Positions 1 to 11,500 of a stretch of DNA of 64,000 nucleotides are shown one piece after another (position 1 is the first letter of the stretch; every line of letters begins with the position of its first letter). The notes under the pieces are model-generated. The model saw only the letters and a program-made list of their open reading frames with translations, did no database searches and had not been told where the DNA came from. Source of the DNA: Leucoraja erinacea. Lineage: Eukaryota. Both the position numbers and the translations under genes were made by a program. The stretch lies in assembly GCF_028641065.1 (NCBI RefSeq), contig NW_026575759.1, positions 186,001 through 250,000 of the forward strand. Reading direction: 5' to 3'.

Positions 1-780
1 CACTTTGGTGGCAAAAACAGGAAAGTAGATTATTATCTGAATGGTGGCCGATTAGAAAAGGGGGAGATGCAAAGAGACCTGGGTGTCATGGTACACCAGT
101 CATTAAAAGTAGGCATGCAGGTGCAGCAGGCAGTGAAGAAGGCGAATGGTATGTTAGCATTCATAGCAAAAGGATTTGAGTATAGGAGCAGGGAGGTTCT
201 ACTGCAGTTGTACAGGGTCTTGGTGAGACCACACCTGGAGTATTGCGTACAGTTTTGGTCTCCTAATCTGAGGAAAGACATTCTTGCCATAGAGGGAGTG
301 CAGAGACGGTTCACCAGACTGATTCCTGGGATGTCAGGACTTTCATACGAAGAAAGACTGGATAGACTCGGTTTGTACTCGCTAGAATTTAGAACATTGA
401 GGGGGGATCTTATAGAAACTTACAAAATTCTTAAGGGGTTGGACAGGCTAGATGCAGGAAGATTGTTCCCGATGTTGGGGAAGTCCAGAACAAGGGGTCA
501 CAGTTTAAGGATAAGGGGGAAATCTTTTAGGACCGACATGAGGAAAACCTTTTTCACACAGAGAGTGGTGAATCTCTGGAATTCTCTGCCGCAGAAGGTA
601 GTTGAGGCCAGTTCATTGGCTATATTTAAGAGGGAGTTAGATGTGGCCCTTGTGGCTAAAGGGATCAGAGGATATGGGGAGAAGGCAGGTACGGGATACT
701 GAGTTGGATGATCAGCCATGATAATATTGAATGGTGGTGCAGGCTCGGAGGGCCGAATGGCCTACTCCTGCATCTATGTT
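1..780 (+). mobile_element. CR1 LINE 3' fragment (RT C-terminal region and 3' UTR), runs off the window start
   Basis: ORF 67..702 has [19 protein letters not shown]...[11 protein letters not shown]...[14 protein letters not shown], the hallmark CR1 ORF2 C-terminus. Confidence 0.92.
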
Positions 781-917
781 TCCACGCTGTATTTCTAAAA
801 CTAAAAGTAAATCTAGGCACTGAAAGTCCTACCAGCAGAGGGGTACATAGGCTTTGCACAATTTAACCCAACTTTCTTACTCTCATGATTCAAAACTAAT
901 CTGTAACTTACTAAATG

Positions 918-1858
918 TTTAAGAAAAAACTGCAGATGCTGGAAAAATCGAAGGTAGACAAAAATGCTGGAGAAACTCAGCGGGTGAGGCAGCATCTATG
1001 GTGCGAAGGAATAGGCAACGTTTCGGGTCGAGACCCTTCTTCAGACTGATGTGGGGGGGGGGACAGGAAGAAGAAAGGAAGAGGCGGAGACAGTGGGCTG
1101 AGGGAGAGCTGGGAAGGGGAGGGGAAGGGGAGGAGAAAGCAAGGACTACCTGAAATTTGGAGAAGTCAATGTTCATACCGCTGGGGTGTAAACTCACCAC
1201 CCACACCAAATCCTGGCATCACATCACTCCAGTCCTCAAACAACTTCACTGGCTTCCCATCTCCCACCGGATCACCTACAAAATCCTGATCTTCACCTAC
1301 AAAGCCCTCCACCATCTGGCCCCCCCATATCTCACTGACCTCCTCTCCCCCTACCAACCCTCACGGTCCCTCAGATCCACATCAGCAGGTCTCCTCTCCA
1401 TCCACAAGTCCAACCTCCGCAGTTTTGGGGACCGAGCCTTCTCCAGGGCAGCTCCCAGGCTCTGGAACTCCCTCCCCCAACTTATCCGCAGTTCTGTGTC
1501 CCTCACCATCTTCCAGTCCCGCCTCAAGACCCATCTCTTCAATTCTGCCTATCCTTGGCCCCACGTCCCCCTCCCTTTTCATCTGTGCTTGAATTGCCTC
1601 GTATTGTGTTTTGAATTGAATTCTGTCTTTACTTTGTGTACTAGTCATGTCTCTACTATTTATTTCATTCCGCTTACATGTTTTTCCTCTACTTGCTAAA
1701 TTTTTGTAAGGTGTCCTTGAGACTCTTGAAAGGCGCCCATAAATAAAATTTATTATTATTATTATTATTATTAAACTGCCCAAGCGAAATATGAGGTGCT
1801 GCTCCTCCAATTTGCGGTGGGACTCATTCTGGCCATGGAGGAGGCCCAGGACAGAAAG
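918..1858 (-). mobile_element. Penelope-like element 3' fragment (GIY-YIG C-terminus and hammerhead-like motif), interrupted by an L2 insertion
   Basis: LSVLGLLHGQ...KLEEQHLIFRLGSL/HPSGMNIDFS, the same peptide as at 34526-35100; split at a duplicated TAAACT. Confidence 0.8.
1195..1771 (+). mobile_element. L2-clade LINE 3' end with (ATT)n tail and 6-bp TSD
   Basis: HITPVLKQLHWLPI..RI.YKIL...RAFS.AAPRLWNSLP...LKTHLF; TAAACT duplicated at 1189-1194 and 1772-1777. Confidence 0.88.
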
Positions 1859-2109
1859 CAACTTACTTTTTTTATTACGCTCCTGGTCCAGATAAAAGAC
1901 AAGACATGCATAGAACAAATTGCATACAAATAAATTACACACAAAAACACAATACATGGTTTAAGATCAAGAATCTGTGTCCTACAACAAGGCAACTACT
2001 GTATACCAATGTCTCCACGGCTGGGATTGGTAGCATGTATGTTTTGTTTTTAAGGCCAAGATGATTTCATTTTCAGAGTAATTAATCTGGAACATACATT
2101 TATACATAA

Positions 2110-3095
2110 GATTTAGACAATAGACAATAGGTGCAGGAGGAGGCCATTCGACCCTTCGAACCAGCACCGCCATTCAATGTGATCATGGCTGATCATCCCC
2201 AATCAGTACCCCGTTCCTGCCCTCTCCCCATATCCCCTGACTCTGCTATCTTTAAGAGCCCTATCTAGCTACCTCTTGAAAGTATCCAGAGAACCGCCCT
2301 CTAAGGCAGAGAATTCCACAGACTCACAACTCTCTGTGAGAAAAAGTGTTTCCTCATCTCTGTTCTAAATGGCTCATCCCTTATTCTTAAACTGTGTGGC
2401 CCCTGGTTCTGGACTCCCCCAACGTCGGGAACATGTTTCCTGCCTCTAGCGTGTCCAAACCCTTAATAATCTTATATGTTTCAATAAGATGCCCTCTCAT
2501 CCTTCTAATCTCCAGAGAATACAAGCCCAGCCGCTCCATTCTCTCAGCATATGATAGTCCTGCCTTCCCGGGAATTAACCTTGTAAACCTGTGCTGCACT
2601 CCCTCAATAGCAAGAATGTCCTTCCTCAAATTAGGGGACCAAAACGGCATACAAATATACCAATGTCTCCAAGGCTGGGATTGGTTGTATGTGGTGCTAA
2701 ACCTTATAGAATTTGGCTTGTACACACTAGAATTTAGAAGATTGAGAGGGGATCTTATAGAAATTTACAAAATTCTTAAGGGGTTGGACAGGCTAGATGC
2801 AGGAAAATTATTCCCGATGTTGGGGAAGTCCAGAACTAGGGGTCACAGTTTAAGGATAAGAGGGAAGTCTTTTAGGACCGAGATGAGAAAATCATTTTTT
2901 ACACAGAGAGTGGTGAATCTGTGGAATTCTCTGCCACAGAAGGTAGTTGAGGCCAGTTCATTGGCTATATTTAAGAGGGAGTTGTGGCCCTTGTGGCTAA
3001 ATGTGGCCCTTGTGTACGGAGAGAAGGCAGGGATGGGATACTGAGTTGGATGATCAGCCGAATGGCCTACTCCTGCACCTATTTTCTATGTTTCT
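2110..3095. mobile_element. Two CR1 3' fragments in opposite orientation (about 2110-2645 minus; about 2710-3095 plus)
   Basis: CR1 peptides in ORFs 2387..2725(-) and 2394..3044(+). Confidence 0.85.
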
Positions 3096-3247
3096 ATATT
3101 ATGTTTGATAAGGCCAAGATGATTTCATTTTCAGAGTCATTAATCCGGAAAAGACAGTTTGTAAAGTATTGACACCTGCAGTAACAAACATTTCACTTGC
3201 ACTACACCATCTATGTCTCTTAAGTAATATTCTCATGTCATCATTAG

Positions 3248-3635
3248 TTCAAGTTCAAGTTCAAGTGAGTTTATTGTCATGTGTCCCTGTATAGGACAAT
3301 GAAATTCTTGCTTTGCTTAAGCTCACAGAAAATAGTAGGCATTTACTACAAAACAGATCAGTGTGTCCATATACCATGATATAAATTTATACACACATGA
3401 ATAAATAAACTGGTAAAGTACAAATAGCAGAAAGTGGTTATTAATAATCAGAGTTTTGTCCGAGCCAGGTTTAATAGCCTGATGGTTGTGGGGAAGCAGC
3501 TATTCCTGAACCTGGTCGTTGCAGTCTTCAGGCTCCTGTACCTTCTACCTGAAGGTAGCGGGGAGATGAGTGTGTGGCCAGGATGGTGTGGGTCTTTGAT
3601 GATACTGCCAGTCTTTTTGAGGCAGCGACTGCAAC
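3248..3635 (-). mobile_element. Rex1/Babar-like LINE 3' fragment
   Basis: KKTGSIIKDPHHPGH.LISPLPSGRRYRSLKT.TTRFRNS.FPT.IRLLN and a (CTTGAA)n tail. Confidence 0.7.
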
Positions 3636-3952
3636 AGTTACTTTCAGTCTCTGTGAGCTTGCTTTTCTGTAGTTTGACCACAGGCATGCAGTATAGAGTG
3701 GTGTACAATATGCTCTGAACAGAGACCACTTCACTCCATCTGTACACGCACTAAAGTTGCGTAAGAGAATGTTTGCTTTTGCAGGCTTTGATTTTTTTTT
3801 TTGTTGCACTATATTGGGGTTTTCATATATGTTTTTTTTGTGTTTCGAATGTTATCTATTTAGTACTGTGTACACATACCTGCTGTGCTGCCGCCCGTAG
3901 GAATTTCATTGTTCCAGTTCGTGCGATTCTTGCCTCTCATCCCTCGCCTCTT

Positions 3953-4263
3953 TTTTTAGTTTAGAGATACAGCGCGGAAACAGTCCCTTCGGCCCATCGG
4001 GGCCGCGCCGACCAGCGATCCCCGCACACTAACACTATCCTACTCCCACTAGGGACAATTTTTACATTTACACCAAGCCCATTAACCTACAAACCTGTAC
4101 GTCTTTAGAGTGTGGGAGGAAACCGAAGATCTCGGAGAAAACCCACGCAGGTCATGGGGAGAACGTGCAAACTCCGTACAGACAGCACCAGTAGTCGGGA
4201 TCGAACCCGGGTCTCTGGCGCCGCATTCGCTGCAAGGCAGTAACTCTACCGCTGCCCCACTGT
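3953..4263 (-). mobile_element. tRNA-derived V-SINE (HE1-like), near full length
   Basis: A/B-box head (GGCAGCGGTAGA...GGTTCGATCCC), V-domain-like core GTTTCCTCCCACACT and CR1-like tail CTGTATCTCTAAACTA. Related copies at about 16645-16937(+), 29975-30275(+), 37275-37520(-) and 63890-64000(+). Confidence 0.82.
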
Positions 4264-4827
4264 GCTGCCCAATGGACTCTCATCCCTTGTCTCTTGATAT
4301 AATTCTCCTTACTGTATAATTAAATTGGTTTGGCTATAAATGTAAAATTGTCCCCAGTGTTGTGCAGGGTAGTGGCAATGTGCGGGGATCACCGGTCGGT
4401 GGGCTGAAGGGCCTGTTTCTGCTCTATCTCTAAACTAAACTAAAACTGCTGTATAATTGTCATAGAACTTTAAAACAAAGCACTTTGAAAGCGATTTGTT
4501 ACTATTTATGCATCTGGATTTTTAATAAATATTAGTTTGTTTAGTTTATTGTCACGTGTACCGAGGTACAGTGAAAAGCTTTTGTTGCGTGCTAACCAGT
4601 CAGTGGAATGACAATACATGATTACAATCGAGCCATCCACAGTGTACAGATACATGATAAAGGGGATAATGTTTAGTGCAAGATATAGTCCAGTACCGTC
4701 TGGTCAAAGATAGTCCAAGTGTCCCAAATGCAATACATAGTAGCTCAGGACTGCTCTCTAGTTGTAGGTAGGATGGTTCAGTTGCTTAATAACAACTGGG
4801 AAGAAAGTGATCAAAATTGACTTGAAG

Positions 4828-5380
4828 TGTTTAAGAAAGAACTGCAGATGCTGGAAAAATCAAAGGTAGACAAAAATGCTGGAGAAACTCAGCGGGTAAG
4901 GCAGCATCTATGGAGCGAAGGAATAGGTGACGTTTCGGGTCGAGACCCTTCTTCAAACTGAGAGGGTGAGGGGGGGCGGCTGGGAAGAAGAAAGGAAGAG
5001 GCGGAGACAGTGGGCTGTGGGAGAGCTGGGAAGGGGAGGGGAAGGAGGGAGAAAGCAGGGACTACCTGAAATTGGAGAAGTCAATGTTCATACCGCTGGG
5101 GTGTAAACTACCCAAGCAAAATATGAGGTGCTGCTCCTCCAATTTGCGGTGGGGCTCACTCTGGCCATGGAGGAGGCCCAGGACAAAAAGGTTGGATTCG
5201 GGAGGGGGAGTTGAAGTGCTGAGCCACCGGGAGATCGGGTTGGTTATTGCGAACTGAGCGGAGGTGTTGGGTGAACGGATCACCAAGCCTACGCTTGGTC
5301 TCACCGATGTAGAGCAGCCGACATCTAGAGCAGCGGATGCAATGGATTAGGGTGGAGGAGGTGCAGGTGAACCTCTGCCT
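4828..5380 (-). mobile_element. Penelope-like element 3' fragment
   Basis: VRQRFTCTSS.LIHCIRCSRC.LLYIGETKRRLGD...HFNS...KLEEQHLIF (GIY-YIG domain). Confidence 0.82.
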
Positions 5381-5509
5381 CACTGAAACTGGAGTTAACA
5401 ATTAACATGACTGTGCATTGATTGGAATAAGACACTGCCCCAGTATCTCCAAATAATCTCGATGCCTAGGAACGATTGAATTCTCATGGTTATTTTCTTG
5501 TCTCTACAG

Positions 5510-5563
5510 GTTTGCGGCCAAACTAATCGCTGGAGTGCTGGACTTCAAGTGTAAGCTCGACAG
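5510..5563 (+). CDS. CRAT: CRAT-like coding exon (54 nt): [17 protein letters not shown]
   Basis: tctctacag|G acceptor and AG|gtaagt donor; matches CRAT 'FAAKLIEGVLDFKVMID'. Not in the ORF track. Confidence 0.9.
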
Positions 5564-8500
5564 GTAAGTGTTTCCAGTTGACATCTTGGACCTGTCCCTG
5601 ACATCACACCTGGTTTGTCATTGGCAAGTTTGGAAAGGTCCCTACAAAGCTCTGTGGCGCAGCGGTGGAACTACTGCCTTACTGCGCCAGAGACCCGGGT
5701 TCGATCCCGACTACGGGGTGCTTGTCTATACGGAGTTTGTACTTTCCCCCTGTGACCTTCTGCAGTTGTACAGGGCCCTAGTGAGACCACACCTGGAGTA
5801 TTGTGTGCAGTTTTGGTCTCCAAATTTGAGGAAGGACATTCTTGCTAGTAAAAAGTAAAATTTATTTATATAGCACGTTTAAATCAACTCGCGTTGAGAC
5901 CAAAGTGCTTTACATAGAAAGAAAATAATAATTAGGCTTCCGTACATCCATAGAAAAATTAAAATTAAGAAAAATGACACAACATATTGTATACTTCAAC
6001 ACAAACGTCCCCCACAACAGAATACAAAATTTCCACTGTGGGGAAAGACATCAAAACGTTCAGTCCTCTCCCTCTGTGATCACCCGAGGTCGGGGCCTAT
6101 TTGTGGTCTCCGCAGTCAGTCCGATGTTTTCAGGCCCTCTTGCCAGAAAGCTGGAATGCCGGCATCGGGTGAACACTCCTCGGCGGCTTGGAAATGTCTG
6201 GAGCGGCCGCTCCCTCCCCGGAGACCGCACGCAGCACCCGAAGTCTTCAGACCGCGCTGGTTGGAGCTCCGACTCTGGTGATCTCGAATCCCAGGCTCCG
6301 CGGTGTTTAAATCCAGCGCCGCCCGCCCGCGACTGGACGCTCCACAGCCGCAGCTCCTTGGATGTATATCGGCGGTCACAGTACTCGGTAAGGCATCACC
6401 CACTCCGTGTTGGTGTCCCAGCACTGCACCGCCGCCGAAGCTGTAGTCCCGGCCCATCCCGACAGGAAACGCCGCAACAGTCTGATGGTAGGCCGCGAGG
6501 AAGGGGCGAAGAAGCAGCTCGGAGGGAAACCGCCTCTCCGACCAGGTAGGGACCAGGAAAAGTTTCCCCCTTCCCCTCCCCCCACCCACCACATAAAAGA
6601 AGACCTCCAACAAACATTTTGAAGTAACAGGACTAAAAATAAAAATAAAAAAGGGTGAAAGGACGGACTGCAGGCGGAGCAGCCATACACAACGGCGCCC
6701 CACTCCTGCAGTCCGCCATCTTGAGGGAGTGCAGCGTTGGTTCACCAGGTTAATTCCCGGGATGGCGGGACTGTCATATGTTGAAAGAATGGAGGGACTG
6801 GACTTGAATACACTGGAATTTAGAAGGATGAGAGGGTACCTTATTGAAACATATAAGATTATTAAGGGATTAGACTCGCTAGCGGCAGGACACATGATCC
6901 CGGTTGGAGGAGTCCAGAACCAGGGGCCACAGTTTAAGAATAAGGGAAAGACCATTTAGAATGGGGATGAGAAAAAACTTTTTCACCCAGTGAGTTGTGA
7001 GTCTGTGGAATTCTCTGCCTCAGAAGGCAGTGGAGGCCAAGTCTCTGGATGCCTTCAAGAGAGTTAGATGGAGTAGAGCTCTTAAAGATAGCATATAAAC
7101 ATAGAAATTAGGTCCAGGAGTAGGCCATTCGGCCCTTCGAGCCTGCACCACCATTCAATATGATCATGGCTGATCATCCAACTCGGTATCCCGTACCTGC
7201 CTTCTCTCCATACCCTCTGATCCCCTTAACCACAAGGGCCACATCTAACTCCCTCTTAAATATAGCCAATGAACTGGCCTCGACTACCCTCTGTGGCTGG
7301 GAGTTCCAGAGATTCACCACTCTCTGTGTGAAAAAAGTTCTTCTCATCTCGGTTTTAAAGGATTTCCCCCTTATCCTTAAGCTGTGACCCCTTGTCCTGG
7401 GCTTCCCCAACATTGGGAACAATCTTCCTGCATCTACCCCTTGAGAATTTTGTAAGTTTCTATAAGATCCCCTCTCAATCTCCTAAATTCTAGAGAGTAT
7501 AAACCAAGTCTATCCAGTCTTTCTTCATAAGACAGTCCTGACATCCCAGGAATCAGTCTGGTGAACCTTCTCTGCACTCCCTCTATGGCAATAATGTCCT
7601 TCCTCAGATTTGGAGACCAAAACTGTACACAATACTCCAGGTGTGGTCTCACCACGACCCTGTACAACTGCAGTAGAACCTCCCTGCTCCTATACTCAAA
7701 TCCTTTTGCAATGAAAGCTAACATACCATTCCCTTTCTTCACTGCCTGCTGCACTTGCATGCCTACTTTCAATGACTGGTGTACCATGACACCCAGGTCT
7801 CGCTGCATCTCCCCTTTTCCTAATCGGACACCATTTAGCGGAGCCATGGGATATGGGGAGAAGGCAGGAACGGGGTATTGATTATGGAAGATCCGCCATG
7901 ATCACAGTGAATGGCGATGCTGGCTTGTAGGACCGAAACGCCTATTCCTGCACCTATTGTCTATTGACTTGCGTGGGTTTGCTCCAAGATCTTCAGTTTC
8001 CTCCCACACTCCAAAAACGTACAGCTTTGTGCGTTACTTGGATTGGTATGAATTTAAAATTGTCCCTGGTGTGTGTTAGTGTAGGGTAGTGTTAGTGTGT
8101 TGGGATCGCTGGTCGGCGGTAACTCTGTGAGACGAAGGGTCTGTTTCCACACCGTCTCTCGAAACTAAACTAAACTAAAAATATCATTAGTTCTATCATT
8201 ATCCAAATGAAGCCACAGTGTTATCTGATCTTTTTATCCTTCAATAGAACATAGAACAGCACAGCACACAAACTATGCAAACAATTTATGGCTCTTTGAC
8301 ATCGTATCAAATTTGTTGGAACCTGACCAGATTTATTTTTAACTTCAGTTTAACTGGTAGACTTAAGAGCCTGTCCCACTTGGGTGTCATTTACGTGTCA
8401 TTTACGCAACATCATTTAAGCATCACGATGCACGTGTCGTGACGCCCTCGTGATGCGCGCATGGTGCGTGGTGACATGCGGTTGTGCGCGGTGTCCCAGG

Positions 8501-11500
8501 ATTTTGGGATGCACAAAATCTTCGCGCGCCACCTGCATAACGCGCAAATGACGCCCAAGTGGGACAGGCCCTTGGGCCCACCGAGTCCGTACCGACCAGC
8601 GATCGCCCCCGTACAACAGCACTACCCTACACACACTACGGACAACTTCCAATTTGCAGAGGGGCATTTAACCTCCAGACCCGCACGTCTTTGGAGTGTG
8701 GGGGGAAACCGGAGCGGCCGGAGAAATTCCACACGGTTCATGGGGAGAACGTGCAAACTCTGCACAGACAGCACCCGTAGTTGGGATCGAAACGCCGTGC
8801 CTGCCCCTAATGTACTCGTTCTACAGCGTCTCGTGATTATTCCCGGACGTTGACGTAGCCATTTTGTTCTCGTTTTGTTTTCCTCTTTAGTCAGTCGCTT
8901 GCAACTGAGTACAGTCGGGCGAACCCCCTCTGCATGGATCTGTACGCCAAGATCCTGTCCTCCTGTCGTATCCCTGGGCCCAAACACGACACCCTGATCA
9001 ATTACGGGTCCACCAGGAGTCCACCGACGCACGTCACCGTAGTCCGCAACTTCCAGGTGAAACCTCAACTTCCAGATAAGCTGTGAATTACATAGACTTG
9101 GCATTGGTTCTGTCTTTAATGCAGCGTGTGTGTGTATGTGTGTGTGTGCGTGTGTGTGTGTGTGTTTAAGTATGCATGTATATGAGAGTGTGTAAGTATG
9201 CATGTGTGTGTGTTTAAGTATGCATGTGTGTATGCATGTGTAAGTATGCATGTATATATGCGTGTGTATGAATATACGTGTGTGTAAATATGTGTGTGTT
9301 TGTGTGTGTGTAATTATGCATGTATATATGTGTGTGTGTAAGTGCATGGGTGTGTGCATGTATGCACGTGTATGTGTATATATTTGTGCGTGTTTACAAG
9401 TATGCATGTATATGTGTGTGCAAGTATGTGTGTGTGTGTGTGTGTGCGCATGTATGCACGTATATCAAGTTCAAGTTCACATTTATTGTCACAGGCAATA
9501 GACAATAGACAATGGGTGCAGGAGTAGGCCATTTGGTCCTTCGAGCCAGCACGGCCATTCAATGTGATCATAGCTGATCAAATCACTACCCCGTTCCTGC
9601 CTTCTGCCCATATTCCCTGACTCCGCTATCTAGCTCTCTCTTGAAAGTATCCAGAGAACCGGCCTCCACCGCCCTCTGAGGCAGAGAATTCCACAGACTC
9701 ACAACTCACTGTGAGAAAAAGTGTTTCCTCATCTCTGTTCTAAATGGCTTACCTCTTACTCATAAACTGTGGCCCCTGGTTCTGGACTCCCGCAACATTG
9801 GGAACATGTTTCCTGCCTCTAGCATGTCCAAACCCTTAATAATCCGCAATAAAATCCCTTCAATTCCTTCTAAACTCCAGAGTATACAAGCCCCGCCGCT
9901 CCATTCTCTCAGCATATGACAGTCCCGCCATCCCAGGAATTAACCTGGTGAACCTCAATAGCAATAATATCCCTCAATAGCAATAATATCCCTCAATAGC
10001 AAGAATATCCTTCCTCAAATTAGTGGACCAAATCTGTACACAATACTCCAGGTATGGTCTCACTAGGGCCCTGTACAACTGCAGAAGAACCTCTTTGCTC
10101 CTATACTCAACTCCTCTTGTTATAAAGGCCAACATGTCATTGGCTTTCTTCACTGCCTTCTGCACCTGCATGCTTACTTTCAGTGACTGATGAACAAGGA
10201 CCCCCAGATCCCATTGTACTTCCCCTTTTCCCAATTTGACACAATTTAGAAAATAACCTGCCTTCCTGTTTTTGCTCCCAAAGTGGATAACCTCACATTT
10301 ATCCACAGCCACCGACATAATCAAAGACGAGGCTCACTTCCACGCGATCCCAGCACACTAACACTATCCTACACGTACTAGGGACAATTTCACACGTACA
10401 CCAAGTCAATTAACTTACAAACCTGTACGTCTTTGGAATGTGGGAGGAAACCGAAGATCTCGGAGAAAACCCACGGGGGCATGGGGGAGAAAGTACAGAC
10501 CGTACAGACACATACTCTGGAGTTTAGAAGGATGAGAGGGGATTTTATTGAAACATATAAGATTATTAAGGATTTGGACACGCTAGAGGCAGGAAACATG
10601 TTCCCGATATTGGGGGAGTCCAGAACCAGGGGCCACACAGTTTAAGAATAAGGGATGAGCCATTTAGTACAGAGATGAGGAAACACTTTTTCTCACAGAG
10701 AGTTGTGAGTCTGTGGAATTCTCTGCCTCAGAGGGCGGTGGAGGCCGGTTCTCTGGATACTTTCAAGAGAGAGTTAGATGGGGCTCTTAAAGATAGCGGA
10801 GTCAGGGGATATGGGGAGAAGGCAGGAACGAGGTACTGGTTGTTGATGATCAGCCATGATCACATTGAATGGCGGTGCTGGCTCGAAGGGCCGAATGGCC
10901 TCCTCCTGCACCTATCGTCTATTGTCTTTTGTCTTTTGGAGTGTGGGAGGAAACCGAAGATCTCGGAGGCAACCCACGCAGTCACGGGGAGAACGTACAA
11001 ACTCCGTATAGACAAGCACCCGTAGTCAGGATCGAACCCGGGTCTCTGGCGCTGTGAGGCAGCAACTCTACCGCAACGCCACTGGGCCGCCTTAGCTCCT
11101 GTTCAGTTGCGATGGCTCGCGAATTTGCTGACCTTGTTCGAACACTCCTTTCTTTCTTTTAAAATCTTTTTATTAGTTTTTTTCCAAAAAACAAAAACAA
11201 AACCAAAAGAATAATGATCAACATAACAATGATATTGATACATAGGGATCAGGGAAGGAACTGCAGTTGCTGGAAGTGAGTTTACAAAATTGTCAGAAAC
11301 TCAGTGTCCAGCTGTATATGGACAATGAAATTCTTTTCAGGCCAAAACCCTTGTAATCAGCATTTCAGGAGGAGGAGCCCGAATAGGAGACAGCTCAAGG
11401 GTTAAAGGGGATGAGTCCAAGTGCTATCAAAATGTACAGAGGAGGTTGAAACTATCTCCGGAGACCTCTTCAAAGTAAATTGAAGTGAGTTTAAATGTCC

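Noticed and set aside
4190-4263. tRNA genes suggested by GGTTCGATCCC B-boxes (also near 5697, 16701, 30018 and 63942)
   Set aside because: These are SINE heads that continue into the V-SINE body, with no complete cloverleaf.
5974-6955. 191-aa and 279-aa ORFs over the GC-rich insertion
   Set aside because: They have no recognisable domain, are open on both strands as expected for GC-rich DNA, and one runs in from antisense CR1.
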